Shown in pieces: positions 51,541 to 64,000 of a stretch of DNA of 64,000 nucleotides; position 1 is the first letter of the stretch, and each line of letters starts with the position of its first letter. The translations under genes and the position numbers were made by a program. The stretch lies in the NCBI GenBank assembly GCA_000934665.2, contig KZ538029.1, positions 1 through 64,000 on the forward strand, read 5' to 3'. A model generated the notes under the pieces. It was not told the origin of the DNA. It ran no database searches and saw only the letters and a list, made by a program, of their open reading frames with translations. The stretch comes from Catajapyx aquilonaris (Eukaryota).

Positions 51541-51970
51541 GTACAACAGTATACTTGCGTAAATGTGAGAGGGAGCCTACAACCTCTTGCTACAACTGAG
51601 AAATTAGAGACCGAGGCCGATGCGATGCGATTTAGTGTAATCAAACCCGCGTGAGTTGAAAAACCCCGCTCTCTGGACCCAAAATGGAGTCTAGCAAAGG
51701 TTGCCAACCCAACAAATTGTCTAAGAAAGGGAATGATCGAATCATTCGTGAAGAAATGAAAATGACGATGACGAGACCAAATCCCCCGCACCGCATTGAA
51801 AGAATGACTTCATCTGGAGTCCCGGTCTGCTGACCTTGCATTGAAACCAGACATACTGTGCCATTTATCGCCTGGCCACCCCTCTTTGAAGAAGAAGAAT
51901 AATAAAAGGGAGAGAGAGAGGCATCCACACGCAACAATAGTAGTAATAGTCCATAGAATAGATCAAGGAG

Positions 51971-53399
51971 ATGGACCAGGTGAAGGTGAGTGAGTCGATG
52001 TTCCTTGCTACTTTTATTTCTACAGAAATCACATCATTGTTGCAAAAGTAGTTCACACATGAAGAATCATTGTACCAACTGACCCCTATAGTTATTACGA
52101 CCACATGTCGAAATTGCACATTTTGATTTACGGGGTTAGATAAATATTACACCATTATCAAAATATGCGCATGTCTTAAGGATGATGTAAGTGGATGGGT
52201 TATTGTGTCGCAAATAGCTCTGCAGTATAGTGATGTTGTCGCAGGGCGTACCGTACGCACTAGGCCGTGGCCTGATGGACAGCCTGAGGGGGGTGGTCGC
52301 CATCCTGTTCCTGGACCAGCAGATAAGGCAGCGGCAGACCTCACCTAGTCACAAGGTTAAGGAAACCTCGCCGTTCCTCACCAGGCATCGGCCAGCCCAA
52401 CACAGAGAAGCAGTGCCAAAGAAGAATGAGCAGTACGTACGGAGGGATCCCCACGTTTTCAATAAAACTTAACGACAAGCGTGTTTCAGGGACGGCCGTG
52501 TGCTGCCTCGGGTGCTCCAGTGCTGCCTGCTCAACGGAGGCATATTTGGGCTCAGCCTTTTCATGTTCGACTACATCCTGATACCCTGGCTGAGGCATGG
52601 GATGTACTACGTGTTTGGGAGTTCAGCTGGGACCAGGGCCATCTGGAGCTGGACCAAGCCTTGTCTCATGTGGGTGTTCCAGGCTCTCTGGGTGCTGCCT
52701 GTCTTTCTGCTCAACAGGCTCATCAGCAGCATCTGGTACCAGGTCAGCAGCTTGCATTTACCATTGTCGATTGGGTTCGTGTACTAACCGCGTTTGACCC
52801 GGCAGGACATTGCTGATGCAGCATACCGTCACTCGCGCGGACGGCCCCTGACACTCCCGTCAGTCAGTAAGACCGTAGCGGACATGCTGTTCAGCATAGT
52901 GGTCCAGATGCTGTTTCTAGGCCAGACGTACCTCGTGGCCTACCTGCCCATCGCTCCTGTGGCGGAAGCTGCCTCGTTGGTGCACATGGCCATGCTCTAC
53001 TCTGTGTATGCCTTTGAGTACAAGTGGTTCAACATGGGCTGGGAGCTTCATAAGAGGCTCACGTACATTGAGAACAACTGGCCGTACTTTCTGGCCTTTG
53101 GGGCACCACTGGCCGTGATAACCAGGCTCACCACCACCTTCTTCTGGAGTGGGACTGTCTTCTCCATACTCTTTCCCCTCCTGATTATCAGCGGGAACGA
53201 AGCTGAGCCCGTCACAGGAACTTGGTAAGTTTAACGCCGGAGAGTACCAAACAACAATTGTGACCGACTCTTTCGCAGTGACTACCACCTGAAGCTGTTC
53301 TCCGGAGTCATTGCTCTCTCCAACATCATCTTTGACATATTCTGCAAATCGTGGTCTTCCCGTCCAGAATCCGCCACTTCGCAGAGGGCTGCCAGATAG
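51971..53399 (+). CDS. EI24: Etoposide-induced protein 2.4 (EI24/PIG8), ER membrane autophagy protein; 5 exons
   Basis: Motifs RVLQCCLLNGG, WVLPVFLL..SSIWYQDIADAAY, LYSVYAFEYKWFNMGWELHKRLTYIENNWPYFLAFG and FSILFPLLIISGNEA. The first coding exon is MDQVK at 51971-51985. Confidence 0.95.
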
Positions 53400-53675
53400 C
53401 AGTCGCACTGAAACATTCTTGATGAAGACAATGAAAAACGGCCATACATTAAGTGGATAGCGGAAAAAAAATACGATGCTTTCCATTTTTTTTATTACTG
53501 TGGGTTCCATCCTGTGATGTCGTGGAATCCAACCTGACGAGTACATGTGTTTGTGTTTTTCGTAATGAACATAAATGGACTGTTTGTTGGAAGTAAATTT
53601 TTCACTTGCACTCGTATTGTCAAGGCAGTTTGTTACGTTATAAATTAGAGTACAGTAACTACTTGTGCCCCAGAT

Positions 53676-54905
53676 TCACCCACTCAACAGGTCCCTCAAT
53701 CCGGTGTCCTCCACATCCAGCTCCACAACCTCCTCTTTGACCGCGTACGACAGGTGCGATTTTGAGAAGGCAATGTTGCGCTGCAGGGCTTCGAAGCTTA
53801 ATGAGGCATCATTCTCCCTCGCATCCACCGTGGCCCCTCCAGGCGTGCGGCACACTTCAAACTTCTGCCACCGGTACGAAGAACACTTCCTGGCCCCTTG
53901 ACAGCTCTGGATTAAGTTCTGCACCGTTGGGTGCGACAACCCAAAGAATTCTGCTCCCCTCCCGGCGATGTTAACCACCTCGATGCCAACAACCCTGTTC
54001 ATGCGCTCCAGTAATTCAGCATGGCACTGCGATGGTGTTGTACCCCTGATTGGAAGACTTGGCTCTCCGTCTGCTGCGATCTCAAAGCGAGGTGCATCCC
54101 CAGCGTCCATGACAGTGCAGGTGTACATACACTGCTGCTCAGGGTCGCTGAGGCTGGCATACAGTCTGGTTGAGCAGAACCCTGCCGGGAATATAAGGTC
54201 CTGGGTGTTGTAGGCAGGACGGTCGGACACTACTTCTCCGAGGCTATGGATGGTGAGGCCGCCTAGGACAATAGGGAACACTGGCCGGCCTGTTGAGTCC
54301 AGCGCAATGGGCTGCACCTGCCGCTTTGCCTTCCCAGCCGCCCGTCTTGCTCGGGGCGCCCGTGTCTCCGAGCCGGTTTCCGCATTGCGCCTTTTGGCTG
54401 CCGGCTTCTTCGCAGGTGGCGTTTCTCTGCTGCTTGGCAATGCTGGCATTGGATGTGGGCCATCTGGATCTGAAATGCATCTATGTGTAATTAAGCTGAC
54501 TCGCACCAATTAAATGATGAGCGCACCAGCAGCAGCCTGGTAACTGAGCAACTTCTTGAGCAGAAACCGTCGTTCTTCCTTGGCCAACAGCAGCTTCTCC
54601 TGCGTCTGGGCCACCTGGTCACACAAACTTGCATTCTCCTAGAACGACAAACAGTCAGCAGGCCTCTCCCATGCGTTTGGCAACGTCGTACTCACAAAGA
54701 CAAGCTGCTTGATGTCCCTCCGCATCTTCATGTACTTCTGCTTGTACCTCGCAATGTTTGCTGCTGACTCGGACTTTCCTTTGCTGTTTCCTTTCTTCCC
54801 AACTTGTCCTCCGATCCTCTGGCCACCCGAGGCCCTCAGCAGTTCTTCCATCATGGCCACATGGCTGGCCAGGTGGGCCTTCGAGTCCACCTCCTCTTCC
54901 ATCAT
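53676..54905 (-). CDS. TBRG1: Transforming growth factor beta regulator 1 (TBRG1/NIAM), FYRN/FYRC domains; 3 exons
   Basis: KYMKMRRDIKQLVFENASLCDQV coiled coil, then QPIALDSTGRPVFPIVLGGLTIHSLGE..FPAGFCSTRLY (FYRN) and GAEFFGLSHPTVQNLIQSC (FYRC). Confidence 0.93.
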
Positions 54906-55732
54906 TGCATGCAAACCTAAATAAGCCCTCAAAAGTACTGAGCATTTGCACGTAACGACACAAATTGTAGGAAATTAAGAAGGAAACATTCTTCTTACCC
55001 AAAAAGCTTCACTTGAATCGGGTTGTTTACACGTACGAGCCTGAATGCCGGATGTCTAAGTACGCATGCGTCGATTAAATCCCTGGCGGTTCATTGGTTG
55101 GTACGCTATAATACTGCTATACGATTGGCTGACTAATAACGTACTAGCTCATGTGAACATCCGAATATGGTGCGTTCAGTATTCATATGGGTGCATTCAG
55201 CACCTACAGTGCATGACGTCACATTCCAGATTAAAATCAGCTATAGATGAAATTATAGTCATTACTATTGTAAGTAAAAAATTTCATATTTAATAAATTC
55301 CTGTAAAATTCAAAATAATTTACATGAACCCACACTAACATATCTGTCCTCCACCTGGCAACTGTGCATCGATTCGTCCGCCATGTTCATGGTTCGATTT
55401 CTCACAAAAATATGTCAATATTTCATTAAATATTAATTATTTCGCCGTTCTGTGTGCCGCCCGTTGCATGCAGGGCTGTTTTTTAAATTAGTTGGGCGCA
55501 CCGGGTAAGTTCCGCTTTGGCTTGCACAATTATTTTTCTTTGATGTGAATTTTACACTCTCTGTGTACACAGAACATTCGAAATTGCTCCCAAAAAAAAA
55601 ATTAGCAAATTTGGACTGTGCATGATGTGTCATATTTGTGTGTGTGTTTTTTTTGGGGGGTCAGGTTCTACATTCCAGGGCACGTGTTTTGTGAAGCTTG
55701 ACTTTGCCGCCTGCATGGTGTTGGAGGGACCG

Positions 55733-56663
55733 ATGGACGGGGACACGGATGACCTCAATTTCACTTCTTCCGCCACACGCCGTGTCAGGGTATATCTATT
55801 TACGCATGGAAATATTCTTATCACATTTATCTGCGTTTGCAAGTATCACTGTACCAAAAACTGTGTGTCCAATTACGCTGGCTACATGTTTCGCAATTGA
55901 TGGGAGTCTTTACAAATGTTGTTTCTATGTTCAGGGACTTACACCTCGCCGTGGGAGGCGGTCCGGCCCCATCAGAAAGGAGCTGTCTGGAGAGATGATG
56001 TCTCTGGACATCCCGGACAGTCCATCTGGAATTAGCGCACTCCCGTTCGGCGAGGAGACTGGAGCCAAGCCACCACCGCTCAGAGGAAGGAGGTCTGGCG
56101 GATGGGCCGATGAACTGAAAAGCGCCAAGGGGTTAGCGATTACACACATTAATAACGAAACATTTGGACCTGTATGTAATCACGATACCTTTTCAGGAGA
56201 CGGGAAGACTCAGCGTTGCTAGAGCAGTGAGTATCCGCATAAGTATTAACGGTTAGATTTTCATGTCCCATGTCCGTTAAGGGAGAGGTTGAAGTCGGCA
56301 AGGGTTGACAGTCGTTGGAATTACGACTCTGATGATGACGGTCCGGCCATTCCCAACTTGGATGAGGTGCAGGAAGAAGATCTGGCTATGCAAGTCGCCG
56401 CAGCTCCCAGCCAGTCCACGACACGGGTGGCCACGTATAAGGAGCTGGACAAGGACCTGATGAAGCACGCAGCCTTTGCCACCATGGATGATATCGACCT
56501 GAGGGTACTGACTGGCTGTATGTCCACCGAGGCTGACCTGAAGGAACCGGACATACCCTGGAAGTGGGATGTCATATTCACCGAGGTCACTTCCGAGATA
56601 GGTGCCAGGGATGACGAGGACAGGGTCAAGGAAGGAGGAGAGAACACATCACCGCCACTGTAG
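55733..56663 (+). CDS. IFT43: Intraflagellar transport protein 43 (IFT-A); exons 55733-55789, 55935-56131, 56197-56226, 56282-56663
   Basis: Motifs PPP..RRSGGWADE, IPNLDEVQEEDLAMQVAAAPS, VATYKELDKDL, IDLRVL and EPDIPWKWDVIFTEVTSEI. Confidence 0.92.
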
Positions 56664-59401
56664 CTCTGACCAGGAGCGTTCAGAGAAGCACATTTCTAGT
56701 CTTACCTAGTCCGTCCATTATTTTGCTATCTATATGCCTATTAAAAACAACTACAATTCGGGATATTATGCACTCTCAAATGAAACCCCAGTTTCAAAAT
56801 AACACCACTTGTACTTATTTTTATTCCTCCATTTTTTTCTCTCTCTCTCTCTTTTTATATCCTGCTTTGCACAAGCAGGAACTACTGTTTTGTTAGCAGC
56901 TGACTGCCATAGGCCACTGCTTGGGCACAATGGGAAATGCAAAAACAAGAGTTAAACAGACTGAAATGAAAAGAAAAGCTAGGCAGAAGAAACCCATGTT
57001 GACTGGTTTGGACAAAAATACCTACAATTGAGATGGGAGGATGGAACCTGAAAGTGTCAGTCTTCTGCGTTGGTAAGACTTGGTTTTTTTTTTTAACTAG
57101 TGCAAACATGACATGAACTGCGCAGTAGTAAAATAAATTGTTAAAAAAATACTAGTAAGATAGAAATGAAATATGTTGACATTTGTTTTCATCAAGATAG
57201 TAGCCAGGGTCATGACTTTTTATCAAGCAACACGTCATATCCTCCCGTGGATTTTTTTTTTCTCAGAATTGTATGACGATCATTGAAATTGTGCAAAAAG
57301 CAAAACGATTGTCGCCCAGCATTTCAGTGCACATAACAAAACAAGTAAAATCACAAGGATTTCAATACTGCAACAGGTCAAATGCATAACAAAATTTCTT
57401 CCAAAAATTGGGAAGCACGAGTCTGGCAAGTGTTAACGTTTGCTCATTGAACTTATGGTCTTGTAAGGAGAGCCCATAATATGCCTCTAATAATGTAATC
57501 AACATAGTGTGAAATGAGTTTTGCTACACTGAGCAATCTACTGTAAGCTTAGCGTGAATCAATTTTTTTTTTTTCATAGGTCGCAACAACAATCAGGTTC
57601 CAACAGTGGGTGTAGTTGGGGGAGTGACTTGGGTTGGAAGTGGAGCTCACGGGTGGGGGAGGTGATTATAATGTGTGTTGATAATAGGCTTGGCTAGGAG
57701 ATCATACGGAGCACTCCTCTATCCTGCCCCGCAACACGTTTACAAAAAAATCACATTTTTGTGAGTCCAACCAAAAGGAAGGCACTAACACACTCCTTAT
57801 TAGTTAAGCCATCCTCCACGTCCCTCAGGGAAGAATTTTTTTCAGTACAAAATTTTTTAAATGGAGGCAAAAACCAAAGGTATGAATTTAGCAAGTCCTA
57901 TGTGACACTCGAGTAGCTGTACCACGGGGGGAAATAACTGCCGTCCGCAAGAAAACAGGGTTCTGAGATACTTCCTGAATAGTAGCTTCGCTTGCATCGA
58001 AAGTCGCTGTGACTGGAGCAGGCACAATCACCTGAACTCTTACATCAACAAATTAAGACCCTATTTCCTCTCAGGCTACTTGACTCAGTGTGAATCTACA
58101 TATCGCTCACAAAACGGTGTCGTCAAAATCCCTAGCCCTACCTATAAGCACTCGAAAGCTTAATAGGTGTGTGTGAGGTGAGTGTCCTGTTCATGAGGAT
58201 ATGTCACGTTACTACTTTTCGTACTCTCCCTAAACGCACATTGGTTTGTTTGTACAGTATGCATGGTGAAGGTGTTTTTTTCCCCCCCTCCCCATCTCGT
58301 GATGCTTTTTTTTGTGATGTTAACATGAGTGCCAGTATTTTTTATTCTCTTAAATAAGTTGTATATTTTTTTTTCACATGATGTTAAAAATATGGGATGA
58401 TCTCGTATTTGTAGGACCACTTAATATATGCCGTGAATGTACATGTTACACGCATTCACTTGTCCATACAAAAAAATATACATGGATGAGTACACGACAT
58501 ATCTTGTGGAGGGGGCGGCCCAGTCTTGGGGAAAAATCTCTTGGGTGATGTTTTAGATGCGCAGAATTCAGAACCACTACCTTTCTAGACCAGTGAATTG
58601 ATGAATGAACACATTTTTAAATATCCTCGACCCTTTCAAAGCTGCAGTTTTCATGTAAGGTCATGTGTGCGCAAAAACTAATATTTGCCGCAATTATTGC
58701 GCTTGGAGAGAAATTAAAACAAATATTATAACCTGATGAACGTAATTATGGCCAAACGAATCTATGACTTTTCATTGCTGGTCAATTCGATGTGGTCAAA
58801 CTCTTTGCTTGAATTTGGATGTTCGCAACTGACTAAAATCATCACGCAATGCGACGCACTATGACTGGCAGGGCCACGAGACAGACAGTACTGGTGCGAT
58901 CACCACAAAGCCATACAGATGACATCAATACAATGGGAACGCAACATAAAGTTACTGTAGCCAATTTGACCACAGCGAATTGACCAGCAGCCAGTTGTAC
59001 GGCAGCAGGTTTTTGGGATACCGTACCAAACACCAGGTTGGTTTACAAACTTACGATGGCATGATATGGCCACTATAACAAAGGAATGTTAATGTACTTT
59101 CATGTAGGGTTGGAGGGGGGGTCATAAAGGCACCGAGTGCTAATCTGTGACCCATAAAAATACATAAATACTCTAGCTCTACTTTTTTTTTTTACAGCTT
59201 AACATTAGTGGCGAAAATAAGCATATTAACATAAACGCCTTTACAAAAAACTCAGTCAACACATGTACAAAACAAGGTACGTTCCCGCCCCGTGAATTAA
59301 ATCCTATGCTCCATGCCAGACCTTACATGGAAATGCGTGCTCACACATTGGCAACAACCAATCGGGAGGGCCCAAGTTTCTTTACGTTTGCAGCGACGGG
59401 G

Positions 59402-60802
<1,401 letters not shown>

Positions 60803-62957
60803 TTTCCACCTCCGTCTTTTTCGTCTGCTTCTTATATGCGTGTGCCTCACCTTTTCCTTTCTTTTTTTCCCCTTCTTCCAGAGTCGCTCGCACAGTCACA
60901 TCGCGGCTACATTGCAACTGGTTATGTCAGGTAGCCGCTATTTCCGGCTCTTTCTCAACCTGCGATTTGCAGATAGCGGTTAGGCTCTTCCCACATGAAG
61001 GGCTGCCGACAGATGGCAGCAGCTTCGCCCTTTGTTTAGGTAGCTCGTTAGGGATAAACGGCGTTTAATTTAAAGCGATTTGGTGTTTAACCGCGGTTAA
61101 ATGGCGGTACGTGACTAGCAGGGGGCATCCCAGCGTTTAATTCAGCACTGGGGATGACCATGGCGATGACGACAGATCCACCGTCATCTGTTGGCCAGTC
61201 GAGACACTAAACCAGCCTAATTTCGACCCGCGGTTTAAATTAACCCCCGGTTTTAACCCGGTTTTGGCTGTCCTACCGCCTCTGTCAGTCACGAGATTAG
61301 GATTTTCCACATCCGATTTGTGGACACCGCGCCCATAATGGGGCCCGTGCGACCCGCCCGCTCTGAGCCGAACCCGTCCGAATCGCTCTGAGAGTGGAAG
61401 CGACATATATGGACCACCGTGCATCTCCTACCCTTTGGAAGCGTTGCTGCGATAACGCAACTGAACATTGATCGCTAAATTTGCCGGCCGATCTGCTCAG
61501 TTGGTGTGGTCGTGTGTAATTCCGCTTCCGCGTGGGGCGCTCCCGGAGCCAAGGCTACTCGAGCCCCAGTCGCCCGGTTGGAGCCCGGCCCCCCTGAGAG
61601 AGAGCCGTCCGGGACAACACGAGGTAGAGAGGAGGAGCCATCCAAAACCTCGCTACGCTGCTGCGCGACTGTGATGACGATGGCGATCCATCCAATTGCA
61701 AGCGGGCAGCAGCCAAGGGAGCCTGTGACGTTCCCCCCCTTCACTTCCTCAAGCCCGAATCGCCCCCTTCGCTCCTCCGATGCGATCCACGCGCCGCGTT
61801 CCGCTCGCAATTTCCAAATTGGGGGGATCTGTGTGTGTGTGAGTGCCTTCACAAAAGGGTCGCTTCCAGGACATGGCGCCGCCCGAGGCGGCAATGCCCT
61901 CTTTTGAAAAATTCGCCTTTTTAATCATTACAACATGTCGCCCATCCATTTTGATTCATTGCAGTTAGAAACAGCAATTACGGTGATCAAAAACCGCAAA
62001 GTCTATGGAAAACCAGTCATAAAATGTACTGTACAATCTTGATACTTATTTTACGTCCATAATTATGTTGCCACAGTTCAGCTACATACGAAAAGGTACA
62101 ATACTTATGATAGTGTACATGCATTCATGCAACGTTCAAAGGCATAATAAATTGCTTCACGCATTTGTTAGACCTCTCCATCCGCCTCCATCAGTACACT
62201 TGAGATCCCTCTCATAATTGTTCATTAATATTAATAATACTTCATCAATAACAGGTTTTGACAATAATAAATAGATTATTAATCGGAGACATTAACAGTC
62301 ATAAAAGTAACTGTTGGTCTACCAAGAATAACAGCTATTAAAATTAATATAATAGATAATTAGTAAATTGCAGATAATTCCGGGTATTTCGTAAATAATA
62401 GTTGGTAAATAAGTCATTAGCAATAATAGGGCCTAATATGTAAAATTTTCGTCCCACCCGTATACCATCAGTGTTGGTCTTGTTGCCGCTTAGTTATAAA
62501 TACAGTACTGTAGTAACCACTCTGTACTAGTAACCAGAGTTCCCTGTACATACTGTAGTAATGGGTGAAATGCCACCCATTAAAATTAATGCGTAACAGT
62601 TTATAATAAACAGTCATTATAACAGCCAGTAAATGAGTTACAAATGCGGGAGTAATAAAATATTGTGGAATAGATGATGAACAGCAGTTATTACAAATAT
62701 TAAAATTAATACATAACAGTTGATAAATATAGCTGTCGGGTATAGTTTAATAATTTTAGAGCATAAAAATGTTGGAAACAGACTTCTGCATGGAAAATTT
62801 CGGAAATTTGTAGTGCAAAATGTAACAGTGTCTTTCCTCTGATCCGTCGGATCCTGTTTTCAGCAACAGATGTGGCCCGGGACAAGACGGGAATTAATAC
62901 GGAGCATTGTGCTATTCCGGGAGCGTACATACAAAAGAGGGAGAGATGGGTGGGAGG

Positions 62958-62960
<3 letters not shown>

Positions 62961-62996
<36 letters not shown>
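62961..62996. repeat. (AG)n microsatellite abutting an assembly gap (N run 62997-63018)
   Basis: Directly visible. Confidence 0.98.
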
Positions 62997-64000
62997 NNNN
63001 NNNNNNNNNNNNNNNNNNCCCCCCCCCCCCCCACCACCACTTATACCTGTCACCTGCAGGTGACACCCACTTCTTTTCCCATACATCCGCAGAAATGGAC
63101 CCACTTCGCTGGAATCACTTCGGAGAAGAGAGCTTCTCTAGTGGTATGCTGCTGCTGGGAGGGGAAAAAAGCCTAGGAGAGAGAGAAAAAAAAACTAATA
63201 TTATGGAAGGAATTGATTTCCATCAGCAGAGATTTACTGCTGTGCCCTGTGCCTTCATCATCAAGAACCTGCAGAGAGTTTTCTGCAAGTGGATCTGAAG
63301 CTTGGAAGCGTGCTCAAAATGCTTAAAACTTGTCGGGGGGTAAACAACTTCGCAATACACATCATCAACTTGCATTCTTGTACATCTTACAGTAATAAAT
63401 GAAACAGAAAGTTTGTTGGTATTTATGTATATATACATGTCACGGCTACCTATAGCCCACTTCCGGAGTACTGAGAGTACTGAAACGTACCATTGATTTG
63501 TTGAAAAGTCCGAAAACCACACTTTTTTTGAGCATATATACTCAAAATATTGATTTGTAGTTTTTTTTAAACATATTACGATCTGCGGCCCATAATCGAA
63601 TTTTTTTCCCCCTAATTTTCTTTCATGCAACCTGCCCTAACACGAGGATTTAATAATCCTGGCATGTCCTCCGAGTCATGGGAATCAAAAAAGCAGCGTA
63701 ACTGACATACGTGACTGCGGAACATCTTGCGACGGATCAAATTTACACACATATATTGAGAGGGGTGCCTTTTTAAAAGGCGGCTCTTTGATGCTTTCCG
63801 TCCATTTGGGGGGCGACAAAGATCAGTTGGCAGTACGTCTGTCGTCGGCATGCCTTAAAGAAGAAGCCTGACCTCCCCCTTTCCCCCTCCATATCTACCC
63901 CACCCACCATCCCCTCGTTCAGGGTCACCAATTGAGGGCCTTTTCAAGTCGCCGCCCTTTTGAGCGGGGGTGGGCTTGGGGACTCATATACACATCCTTC

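Noticed and set aside
50838..51654. Cluster of overlapping ORFs on both strands
   Set aside because: They are an artefact of the GC-rich 69-bp repeat and show no recognisable domain.
61137..61949. GC-rich ORFs upstream of CHIC
   Set aside because: They show no recognisable protein features and are more likely promoter or 5' UTR of a gene extending beyond the window.
63048..63065. Perfect 18-bp palindrome tgtcacctgcaggtgaca
   Set aside because: It is isolated, sits next to an assembly gap and has no supporting context.

Overview
This is eukaryotic, gene-dense invertebrate DNA, probably arthropod, with mostly 50-70 nt GT-AG introns. It contains no prokaryotic features. Eleven spliced protein-coding genes are supported, in order: ZDHHC23(+), CCDC191-like(-), PRDM10(+), LYST/BEACH(+), CXXC1/CFP1(-), NOL8-like RRM(+), an ankyrin/SOCS-box-like gene(+), EI24(+), TBRG1(-), IFT43(+) and CHIC1/2(-). 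Several MITEs, minisatellites and a mariner relic are also present. The most notable signal is in PRDM10: two tandem-duplicated 125-nt zinc-finger exons (18390-18514 and 19221-19345) that must be spliced mutually exclusively to keep the reading frame. They differ at DNA-recognition helix positions, and a candidate docking-site/selector RNA pairing (near 18900, 19475 and 20080) could implement the switch. Other points are the ZDHHC23-CCDC191 tail-to-tail pair also seen in human, 45-nt cassette exons in LYST and CXXC1, and a possible unannotated spliced transcript divergent from LYST. Gene names come from recognising protein motifs by eye; no searches were run, and exon boundaries were read manually.
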